Positions 31,036-40,403 of a DNA stretch of 40,403 nucleotides are shown piece by piece. The translations under genes and the position numbers were made by a program. The stretch spans positions 1 through 40,403 of the forward strand of contig NW_021835402.1 of NCBI RefSeq assembly GCF_006345805.1, written 5' to 3'. The DNA is from Octopus sinensis (Eukaryota). The first letter of the stretch is position 1. Each line of letters begins with the position of its first letter. Below the pieces are notes generated by a model, which had not been told where the DNA came from, ran no database searches, and worked only from the letters and a program-made list of their open reading frames with translations.

Positions 31036-33003
31036 TCTATGTTTGACTTTTGCTTTATATTTGTACAAGTTGGCTCCAAGTCTCACCCAGAGACCTCAAG
31101 AGACAACAGTGTTGGAAGTTCATGTTGTTGTTATGCCTAGTGTGCCATATATTTGGGGGGTGGGAATGTTGTACTAATGAATGTCTTAAAAAAAAAAAAA
31201 GGTTTTTTTTTCCTTTTTTTTTTTAAACCGAAAATTATGTTTGTTTTAAACCTTGAGATTACATAGAGAGTATTTTGCGTAGGATATGAGCAGTTCCCAT
31301 GAGCACTATCTTTTGAACTTCTGCCATTTTTGGTTTCCTGGTATCTGAGTTAGGTAGCTATCAGCCCCTTTTGCTATCATTCCCAGGCACCTATGACAAC
31401 AGGTATTGTTTTAGTCTTCAGCTTCCACATTTTGCTGATTTCTATTTCAAGATCTTTATATTTGCTCAGTTTTTGGTAGGTCTTGACAGATACGTTTATA
31501 TCGATTGGGACAGTCATATCAATGAGGAGGCATGTTCTTTGTTTGAAGTTTTTCAATATGATGTCTGGCCTATTTGCATCTATCTTCCTGTCAGTTTGAA
31601 TGGTGAAGTTCCAGAGGAGTGAGATGTGGTCATTTTCAAGCACTGGGGGTGGTTTGTGTTCCCACCAGTTTTTTTCATGGGGCAAATCCAGGTTTTTACA
31701 GATTACCCAGTGAATATATTGTGCAGCTCTATCGTGCCTGTTGAGATACTCTGTGGGCGCTAGAAGACTGCACTTGGAGACCACATGGTCAATGGTTCAT
31801 TTTGTTGCTTGCATACACGACACGTTGGACTGCTTCTGATCTTTAATATGTTGGCCTGGTAGTTTCTTGTTGGTAGGCATTGATCTTGAGCTGCTATGAT
31901 AAACCCCTCTGTTTCAGATTTTAAGCCAGAGGCCATTAGCCATTGATGGGTCAGGGCTTTGTCGATATCTGCATTATTCGCTCTCTTTGGGTATTTGCCA
32001 TAGAGAGGTTTTTCTTGTCATTTATTATTCAGAATATCTAAGGCCGCAGTTTTGGCACGGGTTTTCATGCGCCTAGCTTTTTCTGTGCTTGTTTCTTGTA
32101 TATCTATCTCTAATTCCGAAATTGGTTGTATTCGGTATTCACTTAGATATTCCTTTGCCTGTTTTGTGACTGAGTATGATGCTTTCTTGTTTTCATGTTT
32201 TGAGACAAGTTTTAACATCCAGTCCTCAGAGTTTTTCAGGTAGGTGTCTAGGCCAATTGTAGCAATCTTCATTGTTATTGCCAGTTGCAAAAGACCACGG
32301 CCTCCCTCTTTTCTTGGCAGATAGAGTCGTTCTGTATCTGCCTTAGGGTGGTGCATTCTATGCATTGTTAACAGTTTCCTTATTTTTCTGTCGAGCTGAC
32401 ATATTTCAGTAATTGACCAGTTAACAATATTGAAACTGTAAGTCACGACTGGTATAGCTAATGCATTGATTGCTTCGATCCTGTTTCTTGCATTCAGCTC
32501 TGTCTTGAGTATTGCTCTCACTCTTCGATAGCATTCTCTCCTGATCCTTTCCTTCATCTCTGAATGCCTTATTCCGTTCCCTTCAATTACCCCTAGGTAC
32601 TTGTAGCTCTCCGCTGGGTCTAGTTCTTTTATGACATTCTGTTGGTCAAGGTTAACGTTAGATGTTTCTGTCATTTTTCCTTTGATAAAGGTAGCCTTTG
32701 CACATTTATCGAGGCCGAATTGCATTCTGATGTCGTCACTGAATTGTTTGACTATCGCTAGTAAGCCCTTGAGTTGTTGATCATTTTTTGCAAAAAGCTT
32801 TAAATCATCCATGTAAACGAGATGATTTATATTTTTATCAAACATTTTATACCCGTACTGCGCGTCATTGAGCAGCTTTGAGAGAGGTATTAAGGATAAA
32901 CAAAAGAGGAGTGGTGACAGTGAGTCACCCTGGAAAATGCCACACGAAATTTTTACATCACCAGCATTTAGGGATTCACTGTCACTGTTCAGAGTTAGTG
33001 TGG

Positions 33004-33005
<2 letters not shown>
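31036..33005 (-). mobile_element. 5'-truncated R4/Dong-clade non-LTR retrotransposon (RT + CCHC + restriction-like endonuclease) in (AAT)n
   Basis: GIFQGDSLSPLLFC, YMDDLKL, YKYLG, CRVC...HVVSKC, RHD, NRPDII...IDMTVP...KLSKYKDL, LMGTAHILRKIL*. One premature stop (~32018) and frameshifts (~31790, ~31385). (AAT)n on both sides. Confidence 0.9.
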
Positions 33006-33072
<67 letters not shown>

Positions 33073-33096
33073 TTATATATTTATTTGTTTATTATT

Positions 33097-33323
33097 AAGG
33101 TGAGGTGCTGGCAGAATCGTTAGCAAGCCGAGCGAAATGCTTAGCGATATATCTCATCCGTCTTCACGTTCTGAGTTCAAATTCCGCCGGGGTCGACTTT
33201 ACCCTTTCATCCTACTTAGATCGATATATAAAGTACCAGTGAAGTACTGGGGATGATGTAATCGACTAGTCCCCTCTCCCAAAATTCCAGGCCTTGTGCC
33301 TCTAGTAGAAAGGATTGTTATTA
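33097..33323 (+). mobile_element. SINE family A'
   Basis: Head AAGGTGAGGTGCTGGCAGAATCGTTAGC and tail GGCCTTGTGCCTCTAGTAGAAAGGATTGTTATTA. Confidence 0.9.
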
Positions 33324-33324
33324 A

Positions 33325-34330
33325 TATTATTTGATGAAATCTAACTGCTTATTTTGCTGAGTATGATGGAAAGTGTCAGCTGTCCGCAGCCAGCAGAGTA
33401 ACGTGACACTTGTTTACTGGTCATGCTTCAAGAACCCTGCAAAGAATTATTTGTCTGTCGTGTTTTCGCTTGCTGCTTGTCGTGCATTATTATGCATCCT
33501 TACGGTCTGGTTTTGTTGTTTTTTGTTTACATCGTTTTTGCTGAGAATGTTACGTTTGTCTTCGTGTTTTACTATTTCAGTGTTTATATTATTGGGCATT
33601 GTTGTGTGGCTTCTATCTACATTTTCCTGATGTATTTTTTTCTTTTAAATGTTCTATTTCTATTTCTGATATTTTTTGCGTTGAGAATATATCTTCGTAC
33701 GTTAGCTAGTTTATTAGGGTTCATTGCTATATCCAAGTCTTTATTTATGTTATTTTTCTTCCATATTTTATATGTATATTTTGTTGTGTTTTCGCTCTTT
33801 TGGTAGAGCACTGCTGTAAAGTAAGCGTGTATGATTGAAATGTATTCCTCACGTGTCCATTTATGCCTTTTTTGTTTTATTTACGGGACATGAGGAACAA
33901 CGTCCGGCCCATTATTTTGACGGCCGTCATTTTCGTAGAGTACCGGTCCGTTCATTTTTGTTGTTACGTTGTTTTGCACGTGTAGTTTTTCGTACTTTCT
34001 GTGTAACAGGTTCAAAGTACGCACTTCCCGAATGTTATTCATGGGTTGAATAATATCGGTGTTATTTAATTTCTTCGTATTTTTTGTACATGGCGTTTGG
34101 GGCCGGAGATGATCTGGTGTTGATGGATCGTAATGTATCAAGCATGTTTACATGTTGTGCTGGGCAAGAGGTGGAGATGATATCGAGTTAAAATACATAA
34201 TTTTGTTTGGAAAATAGTAATACATTTCAATGAGTATTACTTACTCGGATATATCCAATCCTTTGTCAGTTATTTTTTGGCTCCATGCGATGTCTTAGTT
34301 TCCGATGTTTGTGGATAGATTTCGGAGCAA
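33325..34330 (-). mobile_element. Internally deleted R4/Dong-like element: 5' UTR and N-terminus joined to the ORF end and 3' UTR
   Basis: KRHKWTREEYISIIHAYFTAVLY...NPNKLANVRRYI resembles R4/Dong N-termini (from recall). IILCRVLEA* near 33450 shares AATTCTTTGCAGGGTT with 30835-30850. AAT runs at both ends. Confidence 0.6.
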
Positions 34331-34349
34331 TTTTTATTATTATTATTAT

Positions 34350-34612
34350 ATATTTGACTTTTGCTTTGTATTTGTACAAGTTGAATCTAAGTCTCACCCA
34401 GAGACCTCAAGAGACAATAAGCTAGAAGTTCATGTTGGTGCTATGCCTAGGGTGTCATATATTTCGTTTTGCACTTAGTATTGTTCTGGAGAATGTTTCC
34501 GAAAACAAAAGAAAATTACGAGTTTTTTTTTTAATTTGAGATTGTATAGATAGTATTTTGCGTAGGATATGGACAGTTGCCATGAGCACCATCTTTTGAA
34601 TTTCTGTTATTA
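34350..34612 (-). mobile_element. R4/Dong 3' end (ORF terminus, 3' UTR, (AAT)n tail)
   Basis: QKMVLMATVHILRKILS. The 3' UTR is homologous to 31036-31260. Confidence 0.88.
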
Positions 34613-34614
34613 AG

Positions 34615-34868
34615 AAATCGACCCTAAAACTTATTCTTCGCAAGCCAAGTACTTCTGTCGGTATCTTTTGCCGAACCGCTTGGATACGGAGACGTAAATA
34701 CACCGACATCGGTTGTCAAGTGATGGTGGAAAGACACAGGTAGAAAGACAAGCACACATATGCATACCTACATGTAGGACAGGCTTCTTTCAGTTTCCTT
34801 TAACCAAATCCATTCACAAGGCTTTGGCCGGCCCGAGGCTATAGTAGAAGACAATTGCCCAAGGTGCC
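34615..34868 (-). mobile_element. SINE family B, partial
   Basis: Body match to 3583-3990. Confidence 0.85.
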
Positions 34869-34894
34869 TATATATGAGAGTGTGTGTGTGTGTG

Positions 34895-35288
34895 TTTCTA
34901 ATCTAGGCATAAGTCTCGAAAGTTTTGGGGAGAGAGCCAGTCGATTAGATCGACCCCAGTACTCAACAGGTACTTAATTTACCGATCCCGAAAGGATGAC
35001 AGGCAAAGTCGACATCGGCGGAATTTGAACTTAGAACGTAAAGACGGACAAAATACCTATTTCTTTATTTCCCACAAGGGGCTAAACACAGAGAGGACAA
35101 ACAAGGACAGACAAACGGATTAAGTCGATTATGTCGACCCCAGTGCGTAACTGGTACTTATTTAATCGACCCCGAAAGGATGAAAGGCAAAGTCGACCTC
35201 GGCGGAATTTGAACTCAGAACGTAGCGGCAGACGAAATACGGCTACGCATTTCGCCCGGCGTGCTAACGATTCTGCCAGCTCGCCGCG
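34895..35288 (-). mobile_element. Composite SINE: complete A unit (35058-35288) followed by a headless A' unit
   Basis: On the - strand the A tail ...AATAAAGAAATA is joined to GGTATTTTGTCCG, the same junction as at 22260, followed by an A'-type tail. Confidence 0.85.
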
Positions 35289-35329
35289 TTTGCATTTATG
35301 TATATATGTATGCATGAATGGTTGCGCGT

Positions 35330-35340
35330 ATATATATAAC

Positions 35341-35372
<32 letters not shown>

Positions 35373-35443
35373 TGTATGTATGTATGTATGTATGTATGTA
35401 TGTATGTATGTATGTATGTATGTATGTATGTATGTATGCATAT

Positions 35444-35525
<82 letters not shown>
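35330..35525. repeat. (TATG)n then (GATA)n
   Basis: Direct reading. Confidence 0.95.
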
Positions 35526-35526
<1 letters not shown>

Positions 35527-36308
35527 GTGAATATTCATGTAATGCTGACGCAACCAACACAAAATCAAGGGGAGGTAATCAGAACTTCTGCAATCAGTTT
35601 TTCTATAAATAATATAGACAAAGTTATTAACTATGGAGAATTGATAGAACAAATTGTTTATAAACACAATTTTTAGTTTAATAAATTTTGTTTGTTTACT
35701 CTGTTCATTATCCAGCCATTTATCCGTAGAAACAGTGAATTGCAATAATAAATGAAAGTTTTGATCAACATACATGTTTCCGTATTGATTATTTTTAATT
35801 ATAATCAAGACACTTAATAATGAAAGTTCTTTTCCTTATTGAAAGATTGATTTATTATTGGAATTATTGAAATCGGTAAGTCGGCCGAATCGTTAGCATG
35901 CAAGTATAAAGACTCCAAGTCACTGAAACTGCCATTTCAAGTTACCCCCGGTAATCTGAACTCGATTTCTAATTAACTCTGCTCTGTTCAAATTCCCCCC
36001 TTTTCGATTACACTAAATTGATAAATTCTGCCGCTTACAACACATAATATGTTCATGGCATTAATCACGTGTAACATTCAAGATCGTAAACTAATCTTAA
36101 AATTTGAAAGTATAAAAAAAATATTGGATTTATAAACATCCCCAAACATTTTTATGAGGCCCTTAAAAATAAAAGACTTTGAACATCAGAGATTATAGGT
36201 CTGAATTTTTTTTTTTAAATAAAACCATTACTATTTGATAAGTTAAAACTGTTATTTCAGTTGGAATTCATAAGATATAAAATTTAATTACAAATATATT
36301 TATAAATT

Positions 36309-36490
36309 TCAAATGCAATCGAAATATATATAATTCAAAACAAAATATATTAACGCACATACACTTCAAAATGCAAGCGAAATACCTTTATTATACAAAA
36401 CAAAATATATCAATACACTTTAAATGTGAACGAAATTCATTTTTATGTATAAAACAAAATATATCTATACATTTTAAATGTAAACGATTT
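36309..36490 (+). repeat. AT-rich minisatellite, ~50-55 bp unit, about 3.5 copies
   Basis: AAATG.AA.CGAAAT...AAAACAAAATATAT...ATACA.TT recurs. Confidence 0.75.
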
Positions 36491-36602
36491 GTATTTATAT
36501 AAGAAAATGTATATACAGTTACCAGTAGTTGTTATAAATATTAGCTACCGAAAAAGTGATGATGATAATGGATTCAAATTTTGGAGCGGACCAACCGGTA
36601 TT

Positions 36603-36921
36603 TGTGTGCGGGGGTTAGTGGTCAGGGTATTCGACTGGCGGTCGCGAGTTCAATTCCGGCGTCGTGTTGAACCCTTGAGCAAGACACTTTATTTCACGTT
36701 GTTCCAGGCCACTAAGCTGGCAAAAATGAGTTGCACCTATATTACAAAGGGTCAGCTTTGTCACATTCAGTGTCATGCTGTATCTCCCTGAGAACTACCT
36801 TAAGGGTACACGTGTCTGTGGAGTGCTCAGTCACTTGCACGTTAATTTCACGAGCAGGTTGTTGAGCAGGCTGTTCCGTTGATCGAATCAACTTGAACCT
36901 ACGTCGTCGTAACCGACGGAG
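36603..36921 (+). mobile_element. tRNA-derived SINE family E
   Basis: Box A-like GGTTAGTGGTCAGGG, box B GAGTTCAATTCC, then CCTTGAGCAAGACACTTTATTTCACGTTG typical of SINE bodies. Confidence 0.75.
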
Positions 36922-37091
36922 CGACAGCTTGTGTTCTGTTTGAAAATTGCTCAAATAATAAGCTGCCCTACAACTTGCACTTACGTCATCGTAATCGACT
37001 TGCACTTCTGAGGCGGAATTAACTGTCACAAATGTTTTATATGTGACCTTGCCATTAGCAACGCATGAATATATATACCACGTGATATATA

Positions 37092-37250
37092 GCGACCTCA
37101 GTGTTCTGATTGTACTTGTTTTACTGACCGCGGAAGGATGAAGGGCAAAGTCGGCTTCAGCGGAATTTGAACGCAGAACGTCAAGAAAGACGAAATGCCG
37201 CTCAGTATTTTGCCTGGCGTACTAACGATTAAACCAGTTCGCCGCCTTTA
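37092..37250 (-). mobile_element. SINE family A/A', degenerate
   Basis: Head and central block. Confidence 0.8.
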
Positions 37251-37257
37251 ACCGCCT

Positions 37258-37630
37258 TCTAATAATAATAATAATAATATAATAATGATAATAATGTTAT
37301 AATAATAAAAATAAAAATAATAATAATAATAATAATAATAATATGATAATAATGTTAATAATAATAATAATAATATATAATTAATAATAATAATAATAAT
37401 GATAATAATGTTAATAATAATAATAATAATATAATAAAAATAACAATAATAATAATAGCAATATAATAATAATAATAATAATAATAAATTAATAATAATA
37501 ATAATGATAATAATAATAATAATAATATAATATAATAATAATAATAATAATGATAATAAAAATATAAAATAATAATAATAGCATAATAATAATATAATAA
37601 TAATAATAATAATATAATAATGATGATAAT

Positions 37631-37670
<40 letters not shown>

Positions 37671-37710
37671 TAATAATAATAATGATAATAATAATAATAA
37701 TAGTAATAAT
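37258..37710. repeat. Long degenerate (AAT)n, expanded tail of the adjacent SINE A'
   Basis: Direct reading. Confidence 0.92.
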
Positions 37711-37901
37711 GGCTTTACTTTTTGGCACAAGGCCATCAGTTTTTTAGGGTTGGGGTACTCAACTGGTACTTATTTTATCGACCCAGAAAGGATGAAAGGT
37801 AAATTCGACTCCGGCGGTATTTGAACTCAGAACGTAAGGTCGGAAGAAATGCCGGTAAGCATTTATTCCGGAAAGGTAACAATTCTGCCAGCTCGCCGCC
37901 C
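37711..37901 (-). mobile_element. SINE family A'
   Basis: Head, central block and GGCCTTGTGCC tail. Confidence 0.85.
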
Positions 37902-37920
37902 TTATACTAATAATAATAAT

Positions 37921-38092
37921 AACCTTTGAATTAAAGGCACAAAGCCTGACATTTTAGGGGAGAGGACTAGTGGATTACATAGGTACTTAATTTACCGATC
38001 CCGAAAGGATGAAAGGCAATGTTGACCTCAGCAGAATTTGAACTCAGAGCATTTCGCCCGGTTCCCTGATGGTTTAGCCAGCTCATCGCCTT
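37921..38092 (-). mobile_element. SINE family A', internally deleted
   Basis: Head, central block and tail. Confidence 0.8.
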
Positions 38093-38112
38093 TCACCACC
38101 TTATAATAATAA

Positions 38113-38290
38113 TATTTCTATTATAGGCACAAGGCCTGAAAGTTGGTCGAGGGAGGAGCTAGTCGATTACATCACCCTCAGTGCGTAACTGGTACTTATC
38201 TCATCGACCCTGAAAGCATAAAAGGCAAAGTTGACTTCGGCGGGATTTGAACTCAGAACATAAAGGCTGACGAAATGCCGCTAAGCATTA
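38113..38290 (-). mobile_element. SINE family A', 5'-truncated
   Basis: Box B, central block and tail. Confidence 0.82.
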
Positions 38291-38292
38291 CA

Positions 38293-38347
<55 letters not shown>

Positions 38348-38466
38348 TATATATATCGACTAGAAATTTTTTCTATTTTGGATATATTTGGGGTACTTAG
38401 GTCTGCTCAGGACTTAGTGCTTGTTTTTTCCATGGGTATGAGTAAGTATTTCACTTATATCTCGCG

Positions 38467-38531
38467 TATTTGCCGCTGAAGAGGGGAAAATTTATATTAA
38501 TTAACCCCGAAATTGGACCAATACGGTAATA
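38467..38531 (+). ncRNA. Minimal type I hammerhead ribozyme with intact canonical core
   Basis: TATTTGCCG / CTGAAGA (38476-38482) / GGGG...CCCC / GAAA (38509-38512) / TTGGACCAA / TA / CGGTAATA. G10.1:C11.1, predicted cleavage after 38523. Confidence 0.85.
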
Positions 38532-38690
38532 ACGAATTTTTTTAAGAGATTTCTATCGGTTTGTTTTCGAGACGCATAAATTATAATGGTTATTGAAAAG
38601 TTTTGTCTTATTTTCGGCATATTTGGCATTAGAATTTTTCTTTTGCCCTTATCTTGTAAATTAAATACTATATATATATATATATCATAT

Positions 38691-38736
<46 letters not shown>

Positions 38737-38845
38737 ATTAAATATATATACTATTATATATATACTAATATATTATATATATATATATATATACATATAG
38801 AATCTTAATAACTAGTCTCTCTCTCTAAAGAGAACAGCGGCAGCG

Positions 38846-38855
38846 TTCCCGGGAA
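38846..38855. promoter_or_regulatory. Candidate STAT-binding palindrome TTCCCGGGAA (TTC-N4-GAA)
   Basis: Perfect palindrome in unique sequence ~280 bp upstream of the first in-frame SOCS ATG. Confidence 0.4.
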
Positions 38856-39135
38856 AGGCCACATTAATCATGCTGGAAAGAGCAAATCATTACTGTCCAC
38901 CATCGATCGCCCATTCGTCCATTTTTCTGCTGTGGCAGTGAACTGTCCTCGTCAGTATCGTTGAGCTCCACGAGCGACAAACTGCTACACTTTCGTTAAC
39001 TTCAGGCTCCTCGCAGTCATAGTAGTGAAACCGATCTTGTTGAAGCAGCATGCCCTATCTGACTTCCTACAGATTGAACAAACAAAAAACAACACATTTT
39101 GGCCCTCTTCGTGCCAACATTGCGGATACAAACAA

Positions 39136-40371
39136 ATGTCGGTATGGAAGCTGCTTCAGGCTCATGTTCAGGTATCGCCACCAAAGAACAGACACAAGAA
39201 ACCTTGGTCTATCAAATTTCGAGACAAACAATCTAAGCAGTCCCGCTACATGGGTTACTCACAACCCTGTGTCGGAACTTCTAGATGCTCAAACTTTTCC
39301 AGTTGTGAACACCAGCTGATACTGGCCACTTGTTCACAACGACCATCATCTTCCAACTTCATGTTGACTCCATCTTGCCAAATCTCCACAAACACTGTCT
39401 TGCGTTTACCGAAGAGTCGCCATCATCGGAAGCACCATTCAAAGAAAACTTTATTCAGTCCTGTCGACAAGCAGCACCATCGAATGTCAGCCAGGCAGTT
39501 TGCTGGATCTTTAAACAACATTAACAACACTTCGAGTTCAGTTGGCTGTTCCACTGATAACATCGGCACAACTTGTCATCAACAACAGCAACAGGAGGGT
39601 CAACAAACTAGTTCCAGAATTGCTGGAAGCCACGTAGATAGAAATACATTTTGTGCATGCCGCAATTTTCGGTCTGTTTCCACATTGGCACCTAACGACC
39701 AACTCTGCTCGTCGTTCCAGCAGAGCTGTTCTCTGCAGGCTAATCCCGGAAGCCACAGCCAGTTCTCTCTAGATTATTTCAACGACGACGACTTCAACGA
39801 TGCACCCATTCAGGATTACCCACCACACGAAGCTACCAACAGCGACAGCTACCAGCGTGTTCACAGTCGTGTCGAGTACACCCACTGTCTAGTGCCTGAC
39901 CTGCAGCAGATTGCCAACTGCAGTTTTTACTGGGGGGTTATGGATCGGTACGAAGCAGAGAACCTGCTTGACAACAAAGCCGAGGGAACATTTCTGTTGC
40001 GAGACAGTGCACAGGAGGATTTTCTTTTCTCCGTCAGTTTTCGGCGTTATGGAAGGTCTCTTCACGCACGCATTGAGCAGTGCAACCACAAGTTTAGTTT
40101 CGATTGCCATGACCCGGGCGTCTTTGCAGCTGGTACCGTCTGCCGCCTGATAGAACATTACAAAGACCCCAGCTGTTGCATGTTCTTCGAACCAATGCTT
40201 ACTCGACCCCTCACCAGAACTTATCCATTCTCCTTGCAGCATCTGTGCAGAGCTGCCATCTGTAGCTTTATCACTTACGACAAAGTGTCGGAGCTTCCCC
40301 TCCCACTAGCCTTAAAAGACTTCCTCAAGTATTATCATTACAAAATGAAGGTTACTGAAAAGCATTTCTAA
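39136..40371 (+). CDS. SOCS5: Suppressor of cytokine signalling 4/5-type protein (long disordered N-terminus, SH2 domain, SOCS box)
   Basis: [15 protein letters not shown]...[11 protein letters not shown]...[32 protein letters not shown]...CMFFEPML...[10 protein letters not shown]...[17 protein letters not shown] closely follows vertebrate SOCS4/5 and Drosophila Socs36E. SH2 starts ~39931. First in-frame ATG is 39136; the frame is open from 38965, and a possible acceptor AG at 39071-39072 means an upstream exon cannot be excluded. Confidence 0.93.
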   Translation: MSVWKLLQAHVQVSPPKNRHKKPWSIKFRDKQSKQSRYMGYSQPCVGTSRCSNFSSCEHQLILATCSQRPSSSNFMLTPSCQISTNTVLRLPKSRHHRKHHSKKTLFSPVDKQHHRMSARQFAGSLNNINNTSSSVGCSTDNIGTTCHQQQQQEGQQTSSRIAGSHVDRNTFCACRNFRSVSTLAPNDQLCSSFQQSCSLQANPGSHSQFSLDYFNDDDFNDAPIQDYPPHEATNSDSYQRVHSRVEYTHCLVPDLQQIANCSFYWGVMDRYEAENLLDNKAEGTFLLRDSAQEDFLFSVSFRRYGRSLHARIEQCNHKFSFDCHDPGVFAAGTVCRLIEHYKDPSCCMFFEPMLTRPLTRTYPFSLQHLCRAAICSFITYDKVSELPLPLALKDFLKYYHYKMKVTEKHF

Positions 40372-40403
40372 TAGATCAGACATTTTAAACAGTCACAATT
40401 TCC

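Noticed and set aside
38915-38960. CTGACGA on the - strand with a weak stem
   Set aside because: GAAA is not adjacent to the stem, and there is no helix III or helix I.

Overview
AT-rich, microsatellite-saturated eukaryotic DNA. The repeat repertoire suggests an octopod cephalopod (inferred, not proven). The only host gene seen is a single-coding-exon SOCS4/5-type gene (SH2 + SOCS box) at 39.1-40.4 kb (+). The rest is a retroelement landscape. (1) A full-length but frameshifted L1/Tx1-clade LINE (9761-15310, -) and three truncated relatives; every copy abuts (GATA)n at its 5' junction. (2) Several R4/Dong-clade LINE pieces sitting in (AAT)n tracts. (3) Penelope-like element (PLE) RT and GIY-YIG remnants. 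(4) A decayed mariner. (5) Many tRNA-headed SINEs, labelled A, A', B, D and E here. The least expected signals: minimal type I hammerhead ribozyme folds (two canonical cores, three variant cores, the variants each inside a long fold-back); a SINE whose 3' tail matches the Tx1 3' end and which forms headless dimers at a fixed GGTATTT site; and apparent (GATA)n target specificity of the Tx1 family. All alignments and folds were done by eye, so boundaries are approximate.
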